From Candidatus Kryptoniota bacterium (lineage in GTDB: Bacteria > Bacteroidota > Ignavibacteria > Kryptoniales > JAKASW01), in assembly GCA_046706745.1 (NCBI GenBank), contig JBJKPC010000003.1, positions 1,280-65,279 of the forward strand: 64,000 nucleotides of DNA, in the 5' to 3' direction. This document shows positions 46,022 through 55,551 of the stretch, one piece after another. Under the pieces are notes generated by a model. That model worked only from the letters and a program-made list of their open reading frames with translations. It made no database searches and was not told the origin of the DNA. The translations under genes were made by a program, and so were the position numbers. The first letter of the stretch is position 1; the number at the start of each line of letters is the position of its first letter.

Positions 46022-46321
46022 TCAGCGGCCCCTGTAGAACCTTATCCGGCGGAAGTGCCCTTCACTATTATTCCCTATACGACCTGTTCTGACGATGAAA
46101 TCGTTATGAGTGCCGTCCCTCATCGCCTGCCCCCCTGAAACAATTCGTTCCGATTCGACATAACTTTGGACATAAGCGTTTAAGGTGGGTCCAAAGTATA
46201 TTTTCATCCCTGCGGCTTTTCTTTTCTTCTGAAGAATCAGAGCCACAGAGGATAATTTCATTTGAATCTTCATTCTGCCAAGTGTCTCTCTGCGAAACCT
46301 ATTACCTTGCCAATCATACAC
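46022..46321 (-). CDS. hypothetical small protein upstream of the ferric-reductase gene
   Basis: The ORF ends 24 nt before the ferric-reductase start and is co-directional with it. I recognise no motif, and the start is uncertain (Met39 MKIYFGPT... is possible). Confidence 0.3.
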   Translation of the reverse strand: MYDWQGNRFRRETLGRMKIQMKLSSVALILQKKRKAAGMKIYFGPTLNAYVQSYVESERIVSGGQAMRDGTHNDFIVRTGRIGNNSEGHFRRIRFYRGR

Positions 46322-46459
46322 TTAGTTAAGACGACGTTCTCAGGATTCCGCTTCTCCAATTGCGATAAGTGGACTCCGGTAGCCCGAGTTATCCTTACTA
46401 ACACAAGAATTCACGATATGGTTCGGCGGCGGCGGGACAATAATTCCGGAAAAAATCTC

Positions 46460-47230
46460 TCAGACTTTCATTTTCTCGAACGAATACGTTCCCAGGATGA
46501 TCACGAGAACAGTGAAACCGATCATTATTCCGAAATCGATAGCAAGCCCGAACTGTGACGCCCCGAGGATAACGTTCCTCAAAGCGTCGACCGAGTAAGT
46601 GAGAGGGTCGATGAGAGTAAGCGAACTCAGCCATGCAGGGAGTTTGTCGAGAGGGAACAGGGCACCGGAAAGGAAGAATATCGGGAAGAGGAGGAAACTG
46701 GTGATCAGCTGGAATCCCTCAGGGCTTTCCATCCGCGAGCCGATTATCAGTCCGATACTGACCATCGAGGTCGTCGTGATGAAAAGGATAATAAGCGAAG
46801 CGAGTATCGAGACCACGGTGAGGCTGAGGCCCGGGATAAGTCCGAACTTCTCGAGGAGAAGTCCCAGAGCAAGCAGGATAACCGATTGAATGATCGAGTC
46901 CGTGGCACCGCCGATAATCTTTCCAATAAAAATTGCCGTTCTGGATATAGGCGCAACCAATACTTCCTTCAGGAAATCAATCTTCCTGTCCCAGACGATA
47001 TATACCCCGAAGAACACGGAGGAAAAGAGAACGGCCTGAATCAATATTCCCGGGAATATGAATGTCTGGTAGTTGATGCCGGAAATGGATATGCTGGCCC
47101 CAAGCCCGCCGCCGAAAATCAACAGCCAAAGTATTGGGTTGACTATCGAAGCCACAATTCTCGATTTCTCCCGTTGAAAAACTTTGAATTCTCTGTACCA
47201 GATTGCGATTATTCCGTTTAGCTCGTTCAT
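46460..47230 (-). CDS. ABC-2-type transporter permease
   Basis: 256 aa with six hydrophobic segments and the N-terminal IWYREFKVFQREKSRIV typical of the ABC-2 family. It overlaps the upstream ATPase gene by 4 nt. Confidence 0.9.
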   Translation of the reverse strand: MNELNGIIAIWYREFKVFQREKSRIVASIVNPILWLLIFGGGLGASISISGINYQTFIFPGILIQAVLFSSVFFGVYIVWDRKIDFLKEVLVAPISRTAIFIGKIIGGATDSIIQSVILLALGLLLEKFGLIPGLSLTVVSILASLIILFITTTSMVSIGLIIGSRMESPEGFQLITSFLLFPIFFLSGALFPLDKLPAWLSSLTLIDPLTYSVDALRNVILGASQFGLAIDFGIMIGFTVLVIILGTYSFEKMKV

Positions 47231-48201
47231 TTACTTGCCCTGTAATTCATTGCTCTTTGTCCCCATCCGCCTTCGGCCGCTTCGTCGCGTATTTCCCTCC
47301 CCGTGTAGTGCAGGAACACATCGTTCAAGGTAGGCGAATGAATCTCGACCGATTCCACGTTCCCGGTTTTCTGCAGTATTTCCGGCAAATGCTGGTTCGC
47401 ATTGACGACAGTTAAAGAAATCAAGCCGTCTTTCCTCTCGAGTTTTTTCACGTATTCCAGTTCACGGAGTGCATCGACGTCAGGCGAAGACGTCCTCATT
47501 ACGACGACTTCTCCGCCGATTATTCGCTTGAGCTCGGTCGGCGACCCGAGCGCGACGACTTTCCCTCTATCTATTATCGCGAGGCGGTCACAGAGCCTGT
47601 CTACCTCCTCCATGTAATGAGTAGTAAGGATAAGGCTGATATGCTCTTCCCTCGAGAGGTTCTCGATGTACTGCCAGATGTTTTCGCGGGACTGTGGATC
47701 CAGACCGAGAGTCGGTTCGTCCAGAAAGAGAACCTTGGGGTGGTGCATAAGTCCGCGCGCGATCTCAAGTCGCCGGCGCATTCCGCCGGAATATTTCTTT
47801 ACGAGTTCGTTTTTTCTGTCTGTGAGGTCCACCAGCGCGAGCACTTCTCTTATCCGCTCCTCCCTTAAGGGAACCGGCATCCCGTAAAGCATACCGTGGA
47901 GTTTCAGGTTCTCATAGCCCGTGAGCGTATCGTCTGAGCTGGGATCCTGGAAAACGATGCCGATCGACTTCCGGACCTGAGAAGGCTGTCCTACGATGTC
48001 GAACCCTCCCACCGTCGCCCGTCCGGAAGTCGGCTTCAGAATCGTGGTCAGTGTGAGGAGTGTCGTGGACTTGCCGGCGCCGTTGGGGCCTAGAAGGCCG
48101 AAGAGCTCACCTTCTCCAATGGCAAGGTTGAGCCTGTCGACCGCAACGAGACTTTCATATTGCTTCGTCAGGTTTTCAGTTTCAATAATGTAATTATTCA
48201 T
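47227..48201 (-). CDS. ABC transporter ATP-binding protein (DrrA/ABC-2 type)
   Basis: Walker A GPNGAGKST, signature YSGGMRRRLEIA and Walker B LFLDEPTLGLD. The start is taken at M13 (MNNYIIETENL). Confidence 0.9.
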   Translation of the reverse strand: MNNYIIETENLTKQYESLVAVDRLNLAIGEGELFGLLGPNGAGKSTTLLTLTTILKPTSGRATVGGFDIVGQPSQVRKSIGIVFQDPSSDDTLTGYENLKLHGMLYGMPVPLREERIREVLALVDLTDRKNELVKKYSGGMRRRLEIARGLMHHPKVLFLDEPTLGLDPQSRENIWQYIENLSREEHISLILTTHYMEEVDRLCDRLAIIDRGKVVALGSPTELKRIIGGEVVVMRTSSPDVDALRELEYVKKLERKDGLISLTVVNANQHLPEILQKTGNVESVEIHSPTLNDVFLHYTGREIRDEAAEGGWGQRAMNYRASK

Positions 48202-48411
48202 AGATCCTTGGAGATTTTTTTCCTCACATTCGACCACCGGGAGTTACTTGGATAAAGCAGCTCAAGGAGGACACAGCAGAGTTGGCCGGCCAATCGACTT
48301 GCGAAGCCTTTTCACAAGAGAAGGCCGGATGGCCGCCGGATCACACCGGTTCAAGGGACCATTTCAGCGTCGGACTATCTGGGGCTTCCTTTTCCCAGGC
48401 TTCCCTTCTCC

Positions 48412-49488
48412 CTACTTCCTTCCCCGGAGATCCTGCCATACTTCACGGCTCGTATATCGCTCGGGATGTAGGACCTTCGGACGCGGGTCCTCAGCCTCGT
48501 TCAACTGAAGTACCATCCATCTCGGGTAAGGCACTCCAGGATCGGAGGCTTTATCGAGTTCATTGATATCCTCAGCGGTCAACTTTAAATCCACCGCCGA
48601 TATGTTGTCTTCCAAATGGGGCAGGGTTCGGGCGGCAATGATCACGCTGCTTATCGCAGGACGAGAAAGCGTCCAAGCGATTGCAACTCGTGCGGGCGTG
48701 GCATCATGGCGCCCGGCCACTTTACGAAGCGCTTCCAGAATCTCTTCTCCTCTTATCTCATCCACCGGCACGAATTTGCCCGCCTCTCCGAAGCGGGTGC
48801 CCGCGGGAGCGGTCTGACCTCGTTTGTACTTACCGCTGAGATATCCGCCTGCAAGCGTGCTCCACACAAGTATACCAATGTCGGCATACGCTGCAAAGTC
48901 GATCCAGTCGTTCTCGAGGCCGCGCCCGACGAGGCTATAGTAGAGTTGAGCCGTGACGAACCTTTCCAGGTGCTCTTCATGTTGAATTCCCAATGCAACC
49001 GCAGCCTGCCAAGCAAAGTAATTGCTGAGCCCGATATATCTAACTTTGCCCTCCCTGACAACATCGTCCAGCGTCCGGAGGGTCTCTTCAATCGGAGTCT
49101 CCTTGTCCCAGCCGTGAACCTGATACAGATCGATGTAGTCGGTTTGCAGCCTGCGGAGGCTGTCTTCGATCTCGCGTCGGATGTTGACGCGGGTTGCCCC
49201 GCTGTGATTGAAATGATGATCGCTCATGGGTAGACGCACCTTCGTGGCAAGCACCATTTCCTGCCGGATTCCTTTCAACGCGTTTCCGACTAGAGTCTCG
49301 CTCTCACCGCGGCTGTAGACATCGGCCGTGTCCACGAAGTTTATGCCCCGGTCAACCGCGAATCCCACCATCTCGTCGGTAGCCTTCTGGTCCAGATTTC
49401 CAAGATTCATTCCGCTACCGAACTGCATCGTGCCCAGTGAAACGGAACTCACTATCAGTCCAGAGTGCCCCAATTTTCGATATTCCAT
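48412..49488 (-). CDS. aldo/keto reductase
   Basis: MEYRKLGHSGLIVSSVSLGTMQFG...FVDTADVYS.GESE...LATK...IDLYQVHGWD, the canonical AKR pattern. Confidence 0.9.
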   Translation of the reverse strand: MEYRKLGHSGLIVSSVSLGTMQFGSGMNLGNLDQKATDEMVGFAVDRGINFVDTADVYSRGESETLVGNALKGIRQEMVLATKVRLPMSDHHFNHSGATRVNIRREIEDSLRRLQTDYIDLYQVHGWDKETPIEETLRTLDDVVREGKVRYIGLSNYFAWQAAVALGIQHEEHLERFVTAQLYYSLVGRGLENDWIDFAAYADIGILVWSTLAGGYLSGKYKRGQTAPAGTRFGEAGKFVPVDEIRGEEILEALRKVAGRHDATPARVAIAWTLSRPAISSVIIAARTLPHLEDNISAVDLKLTAEDINELDKASDPGVPYPRWMVLQLNEAEDPRPKVLHPERYTSREVWQDLRGRK

Positions 49489-49580
49489 GCTAGTACTCCT
49501 GTATTTTCTTTCGATCTTTTTCTAAGAGTCTCTTCCGACATAATTGTCGCAGGACGAATACTCAGCGCGCCCCGTTGATC

Positions 49581-50549
49581 TCATGGGAGAAGGAGAAGCT
49601 TGCCTGTAGTTTTCCTTCCCTCCAGATCCCTGTGGGCTTGTGCGGCTGCGATCAAAGTGTATGTGTTTCCGATCCTCAGCTTCAGTTTTCCGGATAGAAT
49701 CATATCAAGAACCGCCTCCGAGCGAGAGAGGAGCTCCTTGCGTGTCGAGATGTAGTTGGCAAGGCTCGGCCGCGTAACAAACAAAGACCCCTTCTGCGCA
49801 AGAACGCCCAAATCCAAAGGCGGTACATTGCCGCTCGAAGCGCCGAAAAGGACCATCATACCGCGCGGGGCGAGAAGGTTCAGTCCCTTGCCAAAGGTCG
49901 TGAGACCCACCGAATCGTAGACAACCTGAACGCCGGCGTTAGCCGTCAGTCTTCTCGTTTCGGCCTCGAAATCCGTCCGCGTGTACAGTATGATTTCATC
50001 CGCTCCCGCGTCTCGTGCGAGTCTGGCTTTGGCTTCTGTGGACACCGTTCCGATGACACGTGCACCGAGAGAGTGTGCCATTTGGACCAACAACAGACCT
50101 ACTCCGCCGGCGGCGGCGTGCACCAGTGCGGTGTCGCCATCCGTCAATCGGTATGTATCATGGGTCAGGTAATGTGCCGTCATGCCCTGCAGCATCGCGG
50201 CGGCCGCCTGCCGTATGGGGAGACCCGAAGGTATGCGTACGGCTCTTTCCGCCGGAACTTTCACGTACTCTGCGTACGAGCCCATAATCCCTGTCCAGGC
50301 GACACGATCGCCGGCTTTCAAATCGTTCACGTTCCTTCCAACCGCATCGACAGTTCCGGCCCCTTCCTGGCCAAGAGTGAACGGAGTGCTGACAGCATAT
50401 CTTCCGTCTCTGTGATATACGTCCACGTAGTTGACGCCCGCCGCTTCGACCTTAACAATAACTTCGCCATCTCCCGGTTCAGGAATAGGAAGTTCTTTCG
50501 CTTCGAGCACTTCCGCGCTGCCGGTGCGGCTCACTTGTATCGCAATCAT
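49581..50549 (-). CDS. NADPH:quinone oxidoreductase (zeta-crystallin/MDR family)
   Basis: GEVIVKVEAAGVNYVDVY.R.G.Y...PFTLGQEGAG...AAGGVGLLLVQ...GKLLL, the typical Qor pattern. Confidence 0.9.
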   Translation of the reverse strand: MIAIQVSRTGSAEVLEAKELPIPEPGDGEVIVKVEAAGVNYVDVYHRDGRYAVSTPFTLGQEGAGTVDAVGRNVNDLKAGDRVAWTGIMGSYAEYVKVPAERAVRIPSGLPIRQAAAAMLQGMTAHYLTHDTYRLTDGDTALVHAAAGGVGLLLVQMAHSLGARVIGTVSTEAKARLARDAGADEIILYTRTDFEAETRRLTANAGVQVVYDSVGLTTFGKGLNLLAPRGMMVLFGASSGNVPPLDLGVLAQKGSLFVTRPSLANYISTRKELLSRSEAVLDMILSGKLKLRIGNTYTLIAAAQAHRDLEGRKTTGKLLLLP

Positions 50550-51263
50550 AATTTGGATGCCTCCTTAAATTCCTTAATTACTGAATTCTTTTGAATGTGA
50601 ATAATTCTCTTCCCGCTTAACCTGATGGATAGCATCACGAAAACAAAACGTGTAGCAGACCCGCCAATTTCCGGTCTTGTCTCAGAGGAACCCTTTTCCT
50701 CCAGTCTCCTCTGTGAACATGCACTCAATGTGTTTCATACTGATTGAAGCAATCCAAATCGATTGACCCGGTGAAGTGGCGATTCCAATCGGATAAGCGC
50801 CGGGATCTCGCAACTGGTCCGCTGCTCCGGACGATGCGAATGTCACTTACGAATTCAACTCTGCGGTTGTGAGATAGGTTCCGATCCTCTTCTTTCATTC
50901 GAGGATGATATTTCGCCCAACATTCCATGAGGCAATCGAAGATCCCGGACCGCTCTTTCACCACGATTTCTCGGTAGAGTAACAGGAGGAGAACAAATTA
51001 CTCGATTAAAGAAGATACCTTTCTGTCGTTCGTGCATGATTGCAAGAACAGTAAAGCGAGTTGACGACATCATTTAACCGGCATCCAGGCGCCGATGAGT
51101 CAGAGAGAGAGCGTGTTTCCCTGCTCCCTTCACGGACAATCTAATTCTCCATCCTTTCGTATAAAGAGAATGGGGGGGCATCCACAGTACGCCGCACATA
51201 AGCCCCGGTCCCGATCACCGGGTTGAAGGTTCCAGGTGCACATTTGTTAACAAACTGAACACA

Positions 51264-53252
51264 TCACTCGGAGGACTTTCCGAATCGAAGGCTCGTCTCA
51301 GCGTACCCTGAACGGGCAACGTTCCAATAGACTGTGTAATGCTGATGGTTTATCTCGTAAAGCGGTGCCAACTCCACGTCGTCCGGCCGACCTACTCCGA
51401 CAGTCTTGAAATGCAGCGGGTCTCCTTTCACCGGCTTCAGCCATTCATTAACGGGCTTCCCCGAGATCGCCAGCTCGGGGACACTTACAGTCGGCATTTC
51501 GAAGAAATCGTTATTGTTCTTAGCGTAAGGAAGAGGGACATACCCTCCGAGCTCTCCCGCAAGCACAATCGGGCCGTACATGATGGCCACTTTGTTGCTG
51601 TCGTTTGCCATCGGTTGGACACTAAGGCGCATCGGAAGAGATATCTCGATGCTGTCTCCGTCATGCCACTCGCGCGTCACCTGCTCATAGCTTCCGGGTT
51701 TCCCCGTTATCCCCACGGCCTTTCCGTTTACTCTTATCTCAAATCCGGATCCGGCCCAATAGGGGTGCCTGATTTCAAGGCTGAGCCGCTCGCTGTGATC
51801 CAATTTCAGATGCAGGATGCTTTTCTCTGAATTCGGGAAGTGGGTATCCTGAGTAACCGTCATCCCTTTTTCTTTCCATTGCAATACCGAAGGGATATAC
51901 AGATTCACGTAAAGGCTGTGGTCGTTGTGCATATAGATGAACTTGCCGTACTTGGAATGGTTTTCCATTCCGGTTCCCACACAGCACCAGAATGAGTTAA
52001 ACGGTGTACTGAATGTCTTGAAAAAGCCGGGTTGCAGCGAAATGAAGTATGTCATCATTCCGGTTTTCGGATCCTGAGATGCAAGGATATCGTTATACAG
52101 GGCGCGTTCGTAATAGTCGGCGTATTCGGCCCTTGGATCCCATTCCATGAGATGACGCGTCAGTTTAAGCATGTTGTAAACATTACATGTCTCTCCGGAC
52201 GCCTTATTTATCCGGTGCGGAAGCTCCCCGAGTTTCCCGAAATACTCGTAATCGCCCATCTCACCGTTTATGTAAATGCGTTTGGTGGTAACTTCCTTCC
52301 AAAAATAGTCGGCCACGTCCTTCATCCTCGTACTTCCGTCCAGCTCATATTCCTTTGCGGCTCCGATTATTTTGGGAATCTGCATGTTCACGTGATTGCC
52401 CGCCAGTGAATCGACATCGTCTGCAAGCGGCGTAAAGAGCTTCTGATCGTTGAATCGCTTTGCGACGTCGAGATATTTCTCTTTGCCGGTCATCTGGTAT
52501 AGATCGGCCATGACCTCGTTCATTCCGCCGTATTCACAATGAAGCATTTTTGTAAATTGAGCATCACTTAGATGACGGGAAAAATCCACAACCCAGTCCC
52601 CGAACTTCTCCATTACTTCCTCAGCCTGCTTGTTGCCGGTGTATCTATAGGCGTCGCGAAGTCCGGCAAATGCCTTGTGCAGGTTGTACCATGGCGACCA
52701 TACGCTGTCAAGACTGAAACTCTGCGCAACGATCTCTCCGTTTTCAACCTTGTGCCACAAAGCGATGCCGTCCGGAATACCTCCGATGTAGCCGGTTCCG
52801 ACCGCCGCCTGGCATTTAGCCAGCTCAGCTACGATGTAATCAACGTTCTCTTTCAGCTTCTCAATTCCCGTCGACGCATACATCATGGAAGCGGCAGACA
52901 GGTAATGTCCGAGTATCGCACCCGACAACTGGGTGGATTCCCAACCTTTGTACTGCGGCGCTTTTGGCTTAAGGCCGGCCGTTTTGAAATACGGAGCCAG
53001 CAGTCTGTCAGGGCTCAGTTCAAGGAGGTAATTTGCGTCCATTTCCATAGCATGTCTGAAAGGTCCGTTAAGCAAACGAACATCGCTGAGTGGGAAAACC
53101 TGTACTTCAGTACTTGCTTCCTCTTTGTCCGGTTTTGCGAAAGCGGACGATGATGATCCGATTGCCAGGGTGAATGTAACCATTAGAAACACGCTCCTGA
53201 CTGTTAACCGCCTAATGCTGCCGGTCGGCAGGCTTTTCGCGTCCTTGTTCAT
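51264..53252 (-). CDS. glycoside hydrolase family 127-like (DUF1680, beta-L-arabinofuranosidase family)
   Basis: A signal peptide is followed by VRLLNGPFRHAMEMDANYLLELSPDRLLAPYFKTAGL...YKGWES...GHYLSAASMMYASTG, the conserved N-terminal block of DUF1680/GH127. The start is taken at M31 (MNKDAKS). Confidence 0.8.
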   Translation of the reverse strand: MNKDAKSLPTGSIRRLTVRSVFLMVTFTLAIGSSSSAFAKPDKEEASTEVQVFPLSDVRLLNGPFRHAMEMDANYLLELSPDRLLAPYFKTAGLKPKAPQYKGWESTQLSGAILGHYLSAASMMYASTGIEKLKENVDYIVAELAKCQAAVGTGYIGGIPDGIALWHKVENGEIVAQSFSLDSVWSPWYNLHKAFAGLRDAYRYTGNKQAEEVMEKFGDWVVDFSRHLSDAQFTKMLHCEYGGMNEVMADLYQMTGKEKYLDVAKRFNDQKLFTPLADDVDSLAGNHVNMQIPKIIGAAKEYELDGSTRMKDVADYFWKEVTTKRIYINGEMGDYEYFGKLGELPHRINKASGETCNVYNMLKLTRHLMEWDPRAEYADYYERALYNDILASQDPKTGMMTYFISLQPGFFKTFSTPFNSFWCCVGTGMENHSKYGKFIYMHNDHSLYVNLYIPSVLQWKEKGMTVTQDTHFPNSEKSILHLKLDHSERLSLEIRHPYWAGSGFEIRVNGKAVGITGKPGSYEQVTREWHDGDSIEISLPMRLSVQPMANDSNKVAIMYGPIVLAGELGGYVPLPYAKNNNDFFEMPTVSVPELAISGKPVNEWLKPVKGDPLHFKTVGVGRPDDVELAPLYEINHQHYTVYWNVARSGYAETSLRFGKSSE

Positions 53253-53580
53253 TATTTGGTACCTCCTGAGGTTTCCAGTTGTTTGCTTCCGGTCTTCCCG
53301 GATCATTCCACTCGGCGTTGAAATTCTTCCTCGCGTTATCAACTAGATTACTTCAAGGAGGTCTTCAAATCAAGCTTGATCACCCCGTCCGGACCCTTGA
53401 CAATTCACGACATGTAAAGGGGCCTTTGCGCTGGCTCACAGCCAGATTCGGAACTAATGTTTACTATTATGCTGAGGTTTCAGTCCTCAACAGCTCGTCA
53501 TAGAAATTTGAAATGACGACCGGTGAGAGCGGTTGGTGAGTGACGAAACGTCCAGTTGGTTTCTGAGGAAAAGGAGGAGA

Positions 53581-53937
53581 ATGAGTTACCGCATTCATTT
53601 CGACGAAGAGGACGGAATAGTCGAGATCAAGCTTTCGGGAAAGTGGACAAAAGAAAATCTGGAGACACTCACCTGCAACGGGATAGGCTTGCCGAAGCCC
53701 GAGGCCACCAGAATACTAATCGATATCCGGGATATAGACGAACGTCTCGGGATGGCCGATGCATTCAACAGCGTCTCGAAGTTTCCGATGGAGCAGCGAT
53801 GCCGAAAGACAGCCCTGCTCGATCGCAAGCAGAGCGTGAAGGTCGTTACACTTTTCGAGATCGCTGCGCAGAACAGAGGCATACCTGTCAAGTGGTTCAG
53901 AGCGAAGGAGGATGCACTCCTCTGGCTGAGAAGCTGA
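53581..53937 (+). CDS. SpoIIAA/STAS-like small protein (hypothetical)
   Basis: 118 aa from MSYRIHFDEEDGIVEIKLSGKWTKENL... to ...VKWFRAKEDALLWLRS. The pattern resembles STAS/SEC14-like DUF proteins. Weak call. Confidence 0.5.
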   Translation: MSYRIHFDEEDGIVEIKLSGKWTKENLETLTCNGIGLPKPEATRILIDIRDIDERLGMADAFNSVSKFPMEQRCRKTALLDRKQSVKVVTLFEIAAQNRGIPVKWFRAKEDALLWLRS

Positions 53938-54023
53938 CAGGTGTCTCAGCTTCGGGATATCTTCCACACCGAGCATTCCGGGACGATTCACTTCAGCTAA
54001 ATTCAACCAACCGGCAATAGAGA

Positions 54024-54068
54024 GACCCGCCCCTCGCAAGTCGTCTGACGAGGGACGGGTCTTTCAAA
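54024..54068 (+). terminator. rho-independent-type terminator candidate after the STAS-like gene
   Basis: GACCCGCCCCTCG (54024..54036) pairs with CGAGGGACGGGTC (54049..54061), giving 12 of 13 pairs and a 12-nt loop. It is followed by TTTCAAAT. Confidence 0.45.
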
Positions 54069-54576
54069 TAGGTAAGGATTGCTTCATTCGCCTACTCGAG
54101 GCGGGCTAATCTCTCTCAGATGTGCACGTACTGCCCTGAGTTGGCATAAATATACTACACCGGGCAGAACTCTCGCGTCAAACTTGACTATCTAATCGCC
54201 GGGGCTCTTCTTTCCGAAGACGAAGGCTCTCACCACCCTTCCGAACGCATCTTAGTCACTCAGATTCACAAACTGCGCCCGAGCGCCATAAGGCACTCCG
54301 GCGTCCAGGCCCGTAATTATGCATCGTCATCCACGTGATAACCTGTAGGGGGCATCCGCCAAGCCAATAGCGGATCTGCTCTTCTTCATGGTAGAATCCC
54401 GACATCAACAGATTAGTTCAGCAGGCGGAAGGGCTCATCTTAGTCGCAGAATCCGGATTGGCCTTAAAGGTGAATTCGACGGCATGATGTATTGCCGGCG
54501 AGGATTGAGGCAAAAGGGGGGTACCCGATATAGACCACGCTACCTTCAATTTCATAGCCACGTTTCGTTTCAGGAA

Positions 54577-54607
54577 GGAGAGGGCACCACTTTCGCGGGC
54601 CCTCTCC
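54577..54607 (-). terminator. 9-bp GC stem-loop 18 nt downstream of the lipoprotein gene
   Basis: GGAGAGGGC (54577..54585) pairs with GCCCTCTCC (54599..54607). The minus-strand tail TTCCTGAAAC is only weakly U-rich. Confidence 0.45.
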
Positions 54608-54624
54608 GGAACAGATTGGCTATT

Positions 54625-55437
54625 TCAACTTCCGAAAATAGCGTCAAGGTTATCGATATTGATCGGCTGATACAGGCAGTAGTAATCCCACGTACCGCCA
54701 TAATCTCCGTAAGTCGTCAGATACACATGAAGCTCACCTTGTCCGGCGTCTACGGCGTTCATGTGCATGTAATGAGAATAAGGGTTCAGGCTGTTAATAT
54801 CACCGCCGTCGTACCAATCGTAAAGTCCTGCTCCCGTCTCGGGATCGCAATTGGTGAATTCCACCCGAAAGTGGTCACCCGTATTGGTGTCCGAGTAATT
54901 GCTGTTGGAATGGACCTGGATATCGTAGTAACCCGTCAAGAGCCCATTATCGTTTCGTGCACACTTGAATTCGAGCGTGTATGAATATGAGCCGTCGGTC
55001 CCGCTGTAGGAGACAGACATCTTGTATTCGAGCGTTTTGTTCTGATAACGAACTTTCTCAGTGTACATGTAGGAGCCGCCATATCCGCCAGAATACGTGC
55101 GCGTGTACCAGCCCTGGTTGTCGGGCCCGGCAAAGTCATAAAGACCGGCAACTTTCTTAACATCCCCGGTTTTATCCTTGGGTGCAGCGATCGGCGGCTC
55201 GGGTGTCGGCGGCATATCGAACGAGCCGCTGTCACTTGGCGATGACAGTATCCCCATCAAGGAACTTATTATGCTTGAAGGTATCTCGTTGGAAGCCGTT
55301 ACCTTGGTTTGAATTTGTTCAGTAGTCAATGTTGCAGTGTCGCCCGGACTCGTAGAGCTTCCGTGGCATCCGGCAGCAAATGTCGTTATCACAAATAGGA
55401 ACAGCGCGCGTAGGAACAGTTTCGGTTCCGTGCCCAT
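54625..55437 (-). CDS. hypothetical lipoprotein
   Basis: Lipobox FVITTFAAGC, then a Gly/Tyr/Ser-rich beta-type sequence. I recognise no family. Confidence 0.7.
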   Translation of the reverse strand: MGTEPKLFLRALFLFVITTFAAGCHGSSTSPGDTATLTTEQIQTKVTASNEIPSSIISSLMGILSSPSDSGSFDMPPTPEPPIAAPKDKTGDVKKVAGLYDFAGPDNQGWYTRTYSGGYGGSYMYTEKVRYQNKTLEYKMSVSYSGTDGSYSYTLEFKCARNDNGLLTGYYDIQVHSNSNYSDTNTGDHFRVEFTNCDPETGAGLYDWYDGGDINSLNPYSHYMHMNAVDAGQGELHVYLTTYGDYGGTWDYYCLYQPINIDNLDAIFGS

Positions 55438-55551
55438 AAAGTATGCCTCCTGACTTATTGTTTTGGTTTATCTACCTACATGATCCTCTACTTCGTTTAG
55501 CGACTCACCCCTATAAAATCAGGTCAGGTGAGTCTGTGGAATTCGCGACAT

